Positions 18,380-26,250 are shown, counted from the stretch's first letter. The stretch: 27,719 nt of DNA from a virus (IMGVR_UViG_3300042430_002946:1-27719), one strand, 5' to 3'. The notes: generated by a model from the letters alone, not told the origin. Program-made: numbers and translations.

Positions 18380-18626
18380 CGAGTTTTTCTCCTACTAGTT
18401 TATAAATGTCTTGATGGACATCTGCCCACGAACTATTGAGAGGGTTGGCCCACTTTTCGTTCTCAAATGTAGAGACTACATCATCCCACTCCATCGGAGC
18501 AAGTGTCTCGTAGTCACCATCGTCCTTTATACCTAGGGGAAAGTCGTCTTTTGTGAACCACACACAGACGAGCTCTTCGTCGGGGTCCAAGGCAGACATG
18601 TGTCTGGCAATGTCTTTTGCCTTCAT
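18366..18626 (-). CDS. Hypothetical acidic protein (paralog of 16566-16808)
   Basis: ATG 18626 overlaps upstream TAA. Confidence 0.7.
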   Translation of the reverse strand: MKAKDIARHMSALDPDEELVCVWFTKDDFPLGIKDDGDYETLAPMEWDDVVSTFENEKWANPLNSSWADVHQDIYKLVGEKLGALV

Positions 18627-18937
18627 TAGAAGACTTGGTCCACTGTGTAATGCTTCATACTGATAACCCAAGAAAGCACGTCATTTTGCCATCCTGAGTA
18701 GTTCTTCATGGGCAATGTAACGTCACTTTTATCGTGACCAACAATGTACGAAAGTGCCATTGAGTAGTTGCTACGAGGGTTGTAGTGGAGTGTGTAGTAA
18801 ATTTGACCATTGGTCCCAGCAGTTGCTAGCAGTTGGAAATGTTTTTGGGTGGTATTCGCATGAAAGCGAATTTCTATTGGTGTGGATTCGCCAAAGTTTG
18901 CTAAGGCGTCCCAGTGGAGTTGATAATCTGTGCTCAT
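18626..18937 (-). CDS. Hypothetical protein
   Basis: Start reassigned to ATG 18937, 7 nt after -10. Confidence 0.7.
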   Translation of the reverse strand: MSTDYQLHWDALANFGESTPIEIRFHANTTQKHFQLLATAGTNGQIYYTLHYNPRSNYSMALSYIVGHDKSDVTLPMKNYSGWQNDVLSWVISMKHYTVDQVF

Positions 18938-18944
18938 GTGGACA

Positions 18945-18976
18945 ATCTTATTCTGCGTTACGGGCGGGTAACAAGT
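18945..18976 (-). promoter_or_regulatory. Repeated promoter element copy 7
   Basis: + ATCTTA-N6-GTTACGGGCGGGTAACAAGT. Confidence 0.8.
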
Positions 18977-19061
18977 TCGAAATATGCAGCCTCCGGACCG
19001 GGGCTCGGCATAGGGAAAGGGCAGGATTTCTCCTACCCTTTCTTTCGTTGATGGAAACGAA

Positions 19062-19232
19062 CTAACCCTTTTGGTTGATAAATGCGTGAGAGGCTTTGTC
19101 TCCAACTGCTAACTCAACTCCACAAACTCCCATCATGTCTAGAAGAAAGTCTGCAGTAAGTTCCTCAAGTTCTTCTATGTCTCCCGACAGAAGTTCTTTG
19201 ATTATGGCATTTGCCATTTCATACTGTCCCAT
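19062..19232 (-). CDS. Hypothetical 56-aa protein
   Basis: Not in ORF track; strong GAGGAGGT RBS; MGQYEMANAIIKELLSGDIEELEE... Confidence 0.7.
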   Translation of the reverse strand: MGQYEMANAIIKELLSGDIEELEELTADFLLDMMGVCGVELAVGDKASHAFINQKG

Positions 19233-19284
19233 TATTCACCTCCTCGGTGGGGTGGGGGTATTGGGGGCTTGCGCCCCCTCAACC

Positions 19285-19707
19285 TTATTTGATGAAGCGA
19301 GCCACACCCTTGTAGGTGCTGGTGTTGATGGTTTCCTCGTCAGTCATTTTCAGGACTGCGACAGCGTTTTCCAGTTCCTCAATGTCTGATTTGAGTGACC
19401 AGTCGGCAGAGTTGATTTCAGGCTCTTTCGGTGCTTTTACAGAAGCAGGGAACTCAACGGTGATTTCGTACTTGTTGTTTTCCTCGTTGTAGCGATAGGC
19501 GTGAGACTTGCTGACGCTAGTTACTTTGCCTTTCCCTGAACGAAACATCTCGGCAAGAGTGTCTTGGAAGTCCTTGACAGCCTTTTCGTGGTCTTTCCGA
19601 GCCTTTTCGTTTTCGGCAACTTCTTTCTTACGCTCTGCGAGAGCCTTTTCTAATGCGTCAATCACTTTCTTAGTGCTGACCTTTACGCTGATTGGTTTTT
19701 GTGCCAT
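19285..19707 (-). CDS. Hypothetical coiled-coil protein
   Basis: 140 aa, K/E-rich helices, purine-rich leader. Confidence 0.75.
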   Translation of the reverse strand: MAQKPISVKVSTKKVIDALEKALAERKKEVAENEKARKDHEKAVKDFQDTLAEMFRSGKGKVTSVSKSHAYRYNEENNKYEITVEFPASVKAPKEPEINSADWSLKSDIEELENAVAVLKMTDEETINTSTYKGVARFIK

Positions 19708-19745
19708 TTCCCTATTTCTTTCTAGTAGTTGGGGTGGATAAGAAC

Positions 19746-19777
19746 ACCTTAGTTTGCGTTACGGACGAGTAACAAGT
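19746..19777 (-). promoter_or_regulatory. Repeated promoter element copy 8
   Basis: + ACCTTA-N6-GTTACGGACGAGTAACAAGT. Confidence 0.8.
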
Positions 19778-19812
19778 TTGCGTAGGGGCTTGGGCGAGCC
19801 CCGCACCGGGAG

Positions 19813-20016
19813 CTACCCGGCCACCTCTTCCATCGTGTCGGAGTTGTAAACAGAATTACAGCGTTCACAGATGTAGTGAATTCCATCCCATTCGTCGGGC
19901 GTCGGATAGACAATTGTTCCGTCTTTCAAGCACGTCTCGAAACCGTCCAGGTGTGGATTATTTCCACAATCACAGACGAACCAGTCAAAGGTACTTTCTT
20001 TCAAGTTCAGAGCCAT
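19813..20016 (-). CDS. Small Zn-ribbon-like protein
   Basis: CDCGN...C...CERC; ATG 20016 two bases after upstream stop. Confidence 0.65.
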   Translation of the reverse strand: MALNLKESTFDWFVCDCGNNPHLDGFETCLKDGTIVYPTPDEWDGIHYICERCNSVYNSDTMEEVAG

Positions 20017-20018
20017 GA

Positions 20019-20486
20019 TTACCACGAACTCTGATAGGCGAAAGTCCAAGCGTCAGAGACCTTAGAGAGAGCATTGTCAATAATGTCCACGGTCAATTCA
20101 AGGTCTTTGTAATACCACTCGTCATAGTCGGTGCTACCAAAGAAGAAGCCCGATGTAGTTGGAAGGTGTTCGCTAGCGAGGGCGTGGTTACCTAGAACCA
20201 TTTTACAAACTGTGCGAAGTTCTTCCAGTTTCTCGATAGGTACATAAGCCTCACGGCAGTCGTCGTTACCGTCTTGACAGTTCTGTACGAACCAGTCATG
20301 AATGGCGTTCGCCTTTCGCCAGTAGCCAATTTTGACTTGGCATTGGATGGAAGGTAAGTCCTTGTCCATGAAGTCCCTCACGCCAATTGCGTCAGCAACA
20401 GCGTTGAAAGTGTCGGTCATTTCCTGCCCTCTCCATTCCATAGGAGAAAGGTAGTTTTTTGCGTATAAGTATTGGTCTAATCCCAT
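20019..20486 (-). CDS. Conserved phage hypothetical protein
   Basis: MGLD, YWRKANAIHDWF, LPTTSGFFFGSTDYDEWY, YQSSW; ATG 7 nt after -10. Confidence 0.8.
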   Translation of the reverse strand: MGLDQYLYAKNYLSPMEWRGQEMTDTFNAVADAIGVRDFMDKDLPSIQCQVKIGYWRKANAIHDWFVQNCQDGNDDCREAYVPIEKLEELRTVCKMVLGNHALASEHLPTTSGFFFGSTDYDEWYYKDLELTVDIIDNALSKVSDAWTFAYQSSW

Positions 20487-20493
20487 GTCTGCC

Positions 20494-20525
20494 ACCTTAC
20501 TAGTCGTTACGGACGGCTAACAAGT
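20494..20525 (-). promoter_or_regulatory. Repeated promoter element copy 9
   Basis: + ACCTTA-N6-GTTACGGACGGCTAACAAGT. Confidence 0.8.
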
Positions 20526-20650
20526 TGTCATCCACCACCGTCATATAAAGGGAAGCTCCGTGGCCGGCTGTCACGCGCACGTGGATAGATTTATCCGTTT
20601 CGTCTCGCCACTTTCCCGGCTCAGAGTCGGGCCGGGGCTCCAGGGGGTAG

Positions 20651-20899
20651 TTAGAGCCCTGCACGCCTGGCGTCTCTCGCCAACCTGAGACGGTCACTCT
20701 CCCCTAGTCCTCCCCACACTCCGTACTCAAGTGTGTTGTCGGTTGCATACTGCAGGCAGTCGGCAGAGACAGGGCAGGTTGAGCAAACTTGCTTGGCTTG
20801 TTTCAGTTCCCTTACTGAGGCAGGAAAGAAGAGAGCCTTATCCATGTCTTTACAGTTTGCTTGCTCAGCCCAATTCCGTTCGTACAGTGCCATGCTCAT
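20651..20899 (-). CDS. whiB: WhiB-family Fe-S transcription factor (second copy)
   Basis: W..QANC...LFFP...AKQVCSTCPVSADC...YGVWGGL. Confidence 0.92.
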   Translation of the reverse strand: MSMALYERNWAEQANCKDMDKALFFPASVRELKQAKQVCSTCPVSADCLQYATDNTLEYGVWGGLGESDRLRLARDARRAGL

Positions 20900-21324
20900 T
20901 AGTAGAGCCCCAAGTCTTCACGCTCATCGTCTGAGACGGTGCGCAGGGTGCTTGCGCTACCCATCGCATCGTGGTGACTGAGAGAATACTCAATACGGTC
21001 ACCAAATACCTTGTAAGTCATACGCCAGTCGCTACGGACTGTCATGCCTTCAATCAGGTCAGCGACTGTATTGGCGTGGAAGTACCCTGAGACATTGTCA
21101 CTCCATAGGCGTAAGTCTTCAACCTTCCACCAGTCAGTTTCGTTAGAGTTACGAAGTTCCTCGGTAATCATTGCAAAGTCTTCAACAGCGAAGTCCCAAC
21201 AGTCTCCGTAGCAGGTAGAACCGTACTCGGTGTCAATTGACATTGTTTCGCCGTCTTCCTCATAGGTGAGGCAGGTGCATGAATTGGTAAGTTCGCCAGT
21301 GGCGATAGGTGTGTTTGTTTCCAT
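20899..21324 (-). CDS. Hypothetical acidic protein
   Basis: ATG 6 nt after -10; stop overlaps whiB start. Confidence 0.75.
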   Translation of the reverse strand: METNTPIATGELTNSCTCLTYEEDGETMSIDTEYGSTCYGDCWDFAVEDFAMITEELRNSNETDWWKVEDLRLWSDNVSGYFHANTVADLIEGMTVRSDWRMTYKVFGDRIEYSLSHHDAMGSASTLRTVSDDEREDLGLY

Positions 21325-21330
21325 GGGATT

Positions 21331-21362
21331 ACCTTAGTTTCTATTACGGACGACTAACAAGT
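21331..21362 (-). promoter_or_regulatory. Repeated promoter element copy 10
   Basis: + ACCTTA-N6-ATTACGGACGACTAACAAGT. Confidence 0.8.
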
Positions 21363-21568
21363 CTCGCAAGCGTGGCTGAGCCCCGAGGTCTCATTTCGCC
21401 ACGCTTGGTTAGTTCAGCATAAGCAAGGTCGGTAATGGCATTGGATAGGTCAAGGTCATCAGTCTCGTAGAACATTCCGGTGACTGCCTTGTACAGGTCG
21501 GTAGTGGGGAGGGCGACAACCCTCCCCAACCATACCGACTTGTAGAAACGGTAGTGATTATTTATCAC
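21344..21568 (-). CDS. Hypothetical protein
   Basis: GTGA overlap with upstream gene; ends inside promoter copy 10. Confidence 0.6.
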   Translation of the reverse strand: MINNHYRFYKSVWLGRVVALPTTDLYKAVTGMFYETDDLDLSNAITDLAYAELTKRGEMRPRGSATLARLVSRP

Positions 21569-22035
21569 TTTCCTGCGTCACCAAGCGAGAGCATTGCCTC
21601 GGCAAGTGAGCCAGTTGCGCTACCTGCGTCAATGTTCACTTCGTCAGTATCACCGAAACGGATAATGCTTGCCATAGTAAGGTCACTACGGCGAACGAAG
21701 GCACAGAGGCGCACACGGCGACGCTGGGCGTGTTGTGAAGGCGCACCGTCAATAGAACCGTCATCATTGAGGGGCGCAGCCCAACCCGAAGTGACTACGG
21801 CAAGAATGTCAGAGGAACGAACAGAGAACGGTGTCTCGGCAATCGTTTCGTCAATCAGTTCGTAAACATCAGGGTGAGAGGATACAGGCTCAACTGTCAC
21901 TCCGTCATTCTCGGTACGAACAACAAGCAGGTGAGCCTCGCTCATCCACAGGCTGTCTTGTTCATTGGTGAACGCACCCAAGAAGTCGTGAACAAAGAGT
22001 TCAGCCTCGGTTGCTATTTCGGTGAGTGTTGTCAT
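21565..22035 (-). CDS. Hypothetical protein (paralog of 24424-24849)
   Basis: TSGWAAPLNDDG...APSQHAQRRRV...DAGSATGSLAEA. Confidence 0.75.
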   Translation of the reverse strand: MTTLTEIATEAELFVHDFLGAFTNEQDSLWMSEAHLLVVRTENDGVTVEPVSSHPDVYELIDETIAETPFSVRSSDILAVVTSGWAAPLNDDGSIDGAPSQHAQRRRVRLCAFVRRSDLTMASIIRFGDTDEVNIDAGSATGSLAEAMLSLGDAGK

Positions 22036-22071
22036 TGGTTTCCCTTTCGTGGGGTCGTTGTTACAAGAACC

Positions 22072-22103
22072 AACTTAGTTTGCGTTACGCACGACTAACA
22101 AGT
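22072..22103 (-). promoter_or_regulatory. Repeated promoter element copy 11
   Basis: + AACTTA-N6-GTTACGCACGACTAACAAGT. Confidence 0.8.
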
Positions 22104-22195
22104 CTGCCCCATTGTCGTGTGGGGCCCCGCTATCCGGTGCAGGCAGGAAGAGTGCCGGGGCTCAGTGGGAGAAAAAGAGCTAGAGCCCTTTCTCT

Positions 22196-22480
22196 CTACT
22201 CGCCCCCACGTTCTTTGTAGGCGACTAATGCTTTCTCAAGTGTTGAGCAGTAATCGCCCGACTCGGCGAGCCACCCATTAGGGCGAGCCACGACAGTCCA
22301 AACAGCGTAAGGGTGGAACGCTGTTTCGTCTACGCAAATCGCTACCCAAGTGGCGTAGCAGTCACCGACAACACGGTCATGACGCTTTGTGTAGGCGATT
22401 ACCATTCGCCCTGTATCGCCAACTATGTCGCCAATACGGAGTTCGTTGTATTCGTTGAGTGTGTTTGTGTCTGTTTCCAT
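22196..22480 (-). CDS. Hypothetical protein
   Basis: ATG 6 nt after -10. Confidence 0.75.
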   Translation of the reverse strand: METDTNTLNEYNELRIGDIVGDTGRMVIAYTKRHDRVVGDCYATWVAICVDETAFHPYAVWTVVARPNGWLAESGDYCSTLEKALVAYKERGGE

Positions 22481-22486
22481 GTCTCT

Positions 22487-22518
22487 ACCTTAGTTTCCGT
22501 TACGCACGACTGACAAGT
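22487..22518 (-). promoter_or_regulatory. Repeated promoter element copy 12
   Basis: + ACCTTA-N6-GTTACGCACGACTGACAAGT. Confidence 0.8.
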
Positions 22519-23062
22519 TGTGACCATTCCTGAACGCAAGGCTCTCGACCAATTTGTCTGCCCATTCGTTACCTAGTTGCTCAAATCGTGAAGTGAACAT
22601 TCCAGCGTCAATGGCTCTGCTCATCTGTGCCGTGAGTGGGAATACTGAAACCTCTGACCTCACAACATGGGAAACATCTTTCGCATTGAGAGCGTTCTCT
22701 GTGTTGATTAGGGCCACCGTGTAATCATTGCTGAGGTTCACCAGCGTCTCTGCTCTCATTGACAGGTATTCGTTGCGAACGACATTGACAATGATTGCGT
22801 CAGGGTCTAGTTCGTCAGTAACTCCAGCATCTACGATGAGAACATCGTAGCCGTCTGTCTCTTTGTTGATAATGGTAACGCCATGAAGGCTCGGTGATTG
22901 AGGGTTGAGCCCCATGACCGATAGGCAGTCGTTGAATCGTGACTTATCGACTAACCCAATTTTGAGTGTTGGGTGAAGGCGTGAATAGGTAAGTGCGATA
23001 GAGCAGGCAACCGTAGTTGTTCCTAGTCCACCCTTGCGTGCTGATACTTGTATCTTGTTCAT
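22490..23062 (-). CDS. ParA/MinD-superfamily P-loop protein with degenerate Walker A
   Basis: KGGLGTTT, LVD, YDVLIVDAG; only 190 aa. Confidence 0.7.
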   Translation of the reverse strand: MNKIQVSARKGGLGTTTVACSIALTYSRLHPTLKIGLVDKSRFNDCLSVMGLNPQSPSLHGVTIINKETDGYDVLIVDAGVTDELDPDAIIVNVVRNEYLSMRAETLVNLSNDYTVALINTENALNAKDVSHVVRSEVSVFPLTAQMSRAIDAGMFTSRFEQLGNEWADKLVESLAFRNGHNLSVVRNGN

Positions 23063-23068
23063 GTCTCC

Positions 23069-23100
23069 ACCTTACTGTGCGTTACGCACGACTAACAAAT
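23069..23100 (-). promoter_or_regulatory. Repeated promoter element copy 13
   Basis: + ACCTTA-N6-GTTACGCACGACTAACAAAT. Confidence 0.8.
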
Positions 23101-23127
23101 CGGGAGCTGAGCCCCGACTCTCTTTTT

Positions 23128-23328
23128 CTACATACATACATAGTCGAGAAAACCCGGGCCATTGCCTTCGGGGCCTGCCATTACAACAATAGTAGAACCA
23201 TCGGTGAACTCAATCACTGTCGTTTCTACTGGGTCGCAATACCACATGAACTCTTTGATTTCATCGGCAGTGAGGCTCGTGACCTTTGCGATGGTCTTTC
23301 CGACAATGTCATCTACATAGTGTTTCAT
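23128..23328 (-). CDS. Hypothetical protein
   Basis: IVGKTI...IEFTDG...PEGNGPG; TAATG coupling. Confidence 0.7.
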   Translation of the reverse strand: MKHYVDDIVGKTIAKVTSLTADEIKEFMWYCDPVETTVIEFTDGSTIVVMAGPEGNGPGFLDYVCM

Positions 23329-23690
23329 TACTGCTCCTTCAAGAAGTCTGAGATTTCCGACACAAGAGCGTTCGCTCCTTTGTCGTACGCTTCTTCAAGA
23401 AGTTCGTGTTCAATGCTAATAATCTGAGCAAACCCTGCCATGAACAGCATTGTCATTTCGTTTATTGCTTCTTCATCTTCCTCGGTCATTGTCTTGACTG
23501 GAATGTCAATTTCGTCAAGCGTTTCAAGAGTCACCGTGTCAGGGTCAATGGAATCAAAGTCGGGTCGTACTCCACTGCTACGGAACAGTATCAACGCTTC
23601 AATGATTACGGACAGTTCTAACTTGGTGAAGTCTCGTTCAAGTTGGGCAAGGGGCTGAATGTCCTCAAACATTATTTGCTCCCAATCCAT
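23328..23690 (-). CDS. Hypothetical acidic protein
   Basis: Operonic overlap. Confidence 0.7.
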   Translation of the reverse strand: MDWEQIMFEDIQPLAQLERDFTKLELSVIIEALILFRSSGVRPDFDSIDPDTVTLETLDEIDIPVKTMTEEDEEAINEMTMLFMAGFAQIISIEHELLEEAYDKGANALVSEISDFLKEQ

Positions 23691-24121
23691 GCGTTGAACT
23701 CATCGTCAGTCAATGACATGACCTTTGGAGTGAAGTCCATTTTGCTAATCTCCTCGGCAAGCATTTCTCGGTTCGCTTCTTCGTTATTCACAATCATTAC
23801 TCGTGCGAATAAGTCGGCAGAGAAGAACAAGTCAGGTAGGTCGTAGTCGTATCCGTCACGCTCGCCCTTGTCGTTGAGTGTGCCGACAAGCAACACATCT
23901 CCTGCGATGGGGTTGCCGTAGAGAACGGTAGCCGTGACATTGGGTTCAAGCCCAATAAGCAAGCCTTCGTCATGGACATACATGGCGACTGCTCCCTGTG
24001 CCAATGAGACACAATCAAACCACCCACCGATTAGGTCATGAATGACCGTGTGAGCGTTCTCCTTTGGGAGAGTAATGGTGCGTGGTTCGCCTGTCGCTGG
24101 AATGAAAAGTGCTTTCGTCAT
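23672..24121 (-). CDS. DUF3846-like protein
   Basis: IGGWFDCV...MYVHDEGLLIGLEPN..AT...IAGDVLLVG. Confidence 0.75.
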   Translation of the reverse strand: MTKALFIPATGEPRTITLPKENAHTVIHDLIGGWFDCVSLAQGAVAMYVHDEGLLIGLEPNVTATVLYGNPIAGDVLLVGTLNDKGERDGYDYDLPDLFFSADLFARVMIVNNEEANREMLAEEISKMDFTPKVMSLTDDEFNAWIGSK

Positions 24122-24127
24122 GCCACC

Positions 24128-24159
24128 AACTTAGCCACCGTTACGGGCTGGTAACAAGT
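24128..24159 (-). promoter_or_regulatory. Repeated promoter element copy 14
   Basis: + AACTTA-N6-GTTACGGGCTGGTAACAAGT. Confidence 0.8.
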
Positions 24160-24325
24160 TCAACTCATCCACCACCGTCAAATAAAAAGCAACCCCCTCA
24201 ATAGCCCTCTGCCCCCCACCATTAGATAAGTAGTTGAGCGCGCAACTATTGCGAGGGAAGTAGTTGCGAGCGCAACCAAGTGGACAGGGGTAGCCCCGTC
24301 CCCTGTCACCCCATCGGGGCTCAGG

Positions 24326-24427
24326 TCAGATAATTCTGAACAGCAGGTCTAGGAGATACCAAAAGACAGTGACTGCGCTGATGGTAATAAGGGAGAGTAT
24401 GAGAAGCTCCAAGGCGTTGCGTTTCAT
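24326..24427 (-). CDS. 33-aa single-TM microprotein
   Basis: Not in ORF track; MKRNALELLILSLITISAVTVFWYLLDLLFRII; ATGA overlap. Confidence 0.5.
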   Translation of the reverse strand: MKRNALELLILSLITISAVTVFWYLLDLLFRII

Positions 24428-24849
24428 GCCTTAGACCTAATCCAGCAGTCTGCGATAGCGTCTGCGAGTTGTCCAGAAGCAGTGCCGGGGTCGGTCATGA
24501 TTTCTTCCTCGTCTGCGAAGGCGAGAGCAGAGCCACGACCCTCGGCAGTAATGGTCGTGATGACCGAGACACGCTTACGCTCTGGGTGTTCAGACGGTGC
24601 GCAATCCACCTCACCGTCTTCATTGAGTGGAGAAGCCCAACCTGTCGTGTAAACCGAGATGCCCACAAAGTTCTCAAAGTTGTATGAGGACTCAAGCAGG
24701 TCGTACACATCAAGTGCCCAAGCGAGCCTTACGAATTGCTCTTGTTCTGTAATCCCATAGAGTTCTGCTTTTGCTTTGTCAAAGCAGTCTGGGTCGTTGT
24801 CAAGTGAGAATTGGAGTTGGTCATGGGCGAGGAGTTCTGCTGATTTCAT
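24424..24849 (-). CDS. Hypothetical protein (paralog of 21565-22035)
   Basis: Start reassigned to ATG 24849, 6 nt after -10; TTGWASPLNEDG...APSEHPERKRV. Confidence 0.75.
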   Translation of the reverse strand: MKSAELLAHDQLQFSLDNDPDCFDKAKAELYGITEQEQFVRLAWALDVYDLLESSYNFENFVGISVYTTGWASPLNEDGEVDCAPSEHPERKRVSVITTITAEGRGSALAFADEEEIMTDPGTASGQLADAIADCWIRSKA

Positions 24850-24855
24850 AATCCC

Positions 24856-24887
24856 ATAATACTTCTTCTTACGCATGACTAACAATT
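24856..24887 (-). promoter_or_regulatory. Repeated promoter element copy 15 (divergent)
   Basis: + ATAATA-N6-CTTACGCATGACTAACAATT. Confidence 0.7.
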
Positions 24888-24917
24888 TCCGAAAAGGGGA
24901 AGCCCCGTTCCTCTTCT

Positions 24918-25205
24918 TCATTGTGATTCCTCGGTCGGTGTGTATCGGCCGCAGATTGCATAGGAGTTCTCTTCTTTCGAGATTGCCCACTCAATGTGGG
25001 AGTAGCGTCTCTTGTATCCGTCCATGTAACTGTAGGCGTTCATCATGCCCTGTCGGGTGAGAGGCTGATGGGCATAGACGGCCCATTTGTTTGGGGTCTC
25101 CATCAAGTCCTCGACCCACGCCCTGACCTTGTACTTGGTTTTCTGCTTTGGCTTCTCGGTCTTGGCTCGCTTGATGACTTTTGGTTCGTCGATGTATTCC
25201 ATCAC
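24918..25205 (-). CDS. Hypothetical protein
   Basis: GAGGAG RBS, GTGA overlap. Confidence 0.65.
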   Translation of the reverse strand: MMEYIDEPKVIKRAKTEKPKQKTKYKVRAWVEDLMETPNKWAVYAHQPLTRQGMMNAYSYMDGYKRRYSHIEWAISKEENSYAICGRYTPTEESQ

Positions 25206-25501
25206 TCCTCTTCCTTGTTGAACTCGTCAAGTTTTGCTTGCTTTTCTTCTATCTCTTGTTCCCATCCGTAGTCGAGAACGAGAGAAGATGCGTAGTGGAT
25301 GGCATTGCTAATTGTCGTGTCGTCCCATGGTCGAGCCACGTCCCACGATGATTCCCAACCTCGTGGGTATGGGTTTGAGTAGGAGGGTAGTTGCCCTGTC
25401 TCTGGGTTCAAGGCTTTGAGTGCGTTACGCAATTCTTCGGCCGCTTCACTGATTCGCTCAAATGTTTCACGTGAAACATTCTGCTCGCTGTTTGTTTTCA
25501 T
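25202..25501 (-). CDS. Hypothetical protein
   Basis: ATG 25501, 6 nt after -10; contains a parS site. Confidence 0.7.
   Translation of the reverse strand: MKTNSEQNVSRETFERISEAAEELRNALKALNPETGQLPSYSNPYPRGWESSWDVARPWDDTTISNAIHYASSLVLDYGWEQEIEEKQAKLDEFNKEEE
25463..25478. promoter_or_regulatory. parS: parS site
   Basis: Perfect TGTTTCACGTGAAACA. Confidence 0.85.
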
Positions 25502-25507
25502 ACACAC

Positions 25508-25539
25508 ACCCTACCGTCTGTTACGGGCGAGTAACAACT
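25508..25539 (-). promoter_or_regulatory. Repeated promoter element copy 16
   Basis: + ACCCTA-N6-GTTACGGGCGAGTAACAACT. Confidence 0.8.
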
Positions 25540-25550
25540 TACACAAACAA

Positions 25551-25566
25551 TGTTTCACGTGAAACA
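25551..25566. promoter_or_regulatory. parS: parS site
   Basis: Perfect TGTTTCACGTGAAACA. Confidence 0.85.
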
Positions 25567-25600
25567 TTGTGTCTCAAGTACGACCCGGGGCTCAGGGACG

Positions 25601-25641
25601 AAAAACCCCACTCGCCTGTCGTGTCCGAGGGCGAGTGGGGT
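25601..25641 (-). terminator. Intrinsic terminator after KTSC gene
   Basis: 12-bp stem, 13-nt loop, T-run on minus strand. Confidence 0.65.
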
Positions 25642-25656
25642 AATCCGTTGGGGGTC

Positions 25657-25956
25657 TTATAGGTAGATGTTTTTGAGGAATCTGTAATTTGGCTTGATGT
25701 GTTCATTCACGAACTTGCCGAAACTTTCGGCAACCATCAGGTTGAACACCACGAAGGCAGGAACTTCTTTGTAGAAGTAACTTGCCCCACCCTTGTAGGT
25801 GATGGAGAGCGTGTTGTCTTCGGGGAAGTACATAGCCTCGGTGATGGCTGATGATTCTTTCGGTAAGAAGGTAATCGCATACTTGGTGATGTGGAATACC
25901 CCATTGCCCGAAGGAAGTTGGTTATTGAGTGTTGTTTCAAATGTCGCTGTGTTCAT
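25657..25956 (-). CDS. KTSC-domain protein
   Basis: SSAI...Y.....L.I.YKGGASYFYKEVP...L..AESFGKFVNEHIK. Confidence 0.85.
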   Translation of the reverse strand: MNTATFETTLNNQLPSGNGVFHITKYAITFLPKESSAITEAMYFPEDNTLSITYKGGASYFYKEVPAFVVFNLMVAESFGKFVNEHIKPNYRFLKNIYL

Positions 25957-25962
25957 ACATTC

Positions 25963-25994
25963 AACTTATCACCAGTTACGCACGACTAACAAGT
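25963..25994 (-). promoter_or_regulatory. Repeated promoter element copy 17
   Basis: + AACTTA-N6-GTTACGCACGACTAACAAGT. Confidence 0.85.
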
Positions 25995-26003
25995 TGGGGA
26001 AAA

Positions 26004-26041
26004 CCTACTTACTCGGGAGTCGGGGCTCCCGAGTAAGTAGG
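26004..26041 (-). terminator. Long hairpin, probable terminator
   Basis: 16-bp stem CCTACTTACTCGGGAG/CTCCCGAGTAAGTAGG, TTTT follows on minus strand. Confidence 0.6.
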
Positions 26042-26073
26042 GCCACCAGCATTGCTGCCAGTGACCCCGGTAA

Positions 26074-26250
26074 TTACTCCTGGTTGTACTTGTCGTCTTG
26101 GTCAATGAACTCTTCCAACTGGGCAACCAGTTTCTCTGAGTGTGGTCGTTCCCCAGTGTAAAAAGTCTGGGGGTCTTCGTACGCCCTGTATGTGGCTGCC
26201 TGGTAGGCCTCCAATAGAAGGGCGTATGGGATGGTCGCTGTTTTTTCCAT
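26074..26250 (-). CDS. Hypothetical protein
   Basis: ATG 26250, 6 nt after -10. Confidence 0.7.
   Translation of the reverse strand: MEKTATIPYALLLEAYQAATYRAYEDPQTFYTGERPHSEKLVAQLEEFIDQDDKYNQE

Larger units (their letters stand above)
8776..24180 (+). repeat. Dispersed polar 16-mer TCWTCCACCACCGTCR, nine copies
   Basis: 8776, 9516, 10643, 11406, 12399, 16091, 18025, 20528, 24165; all same strand. Confidence 0.9.

Noticed and set aside
5980-18945. Isolated DnaA-box-like 9-mers at 5980, 8187 and 18937
   Set aside because: Single, in or overlapping coding sequence, compatible with chance
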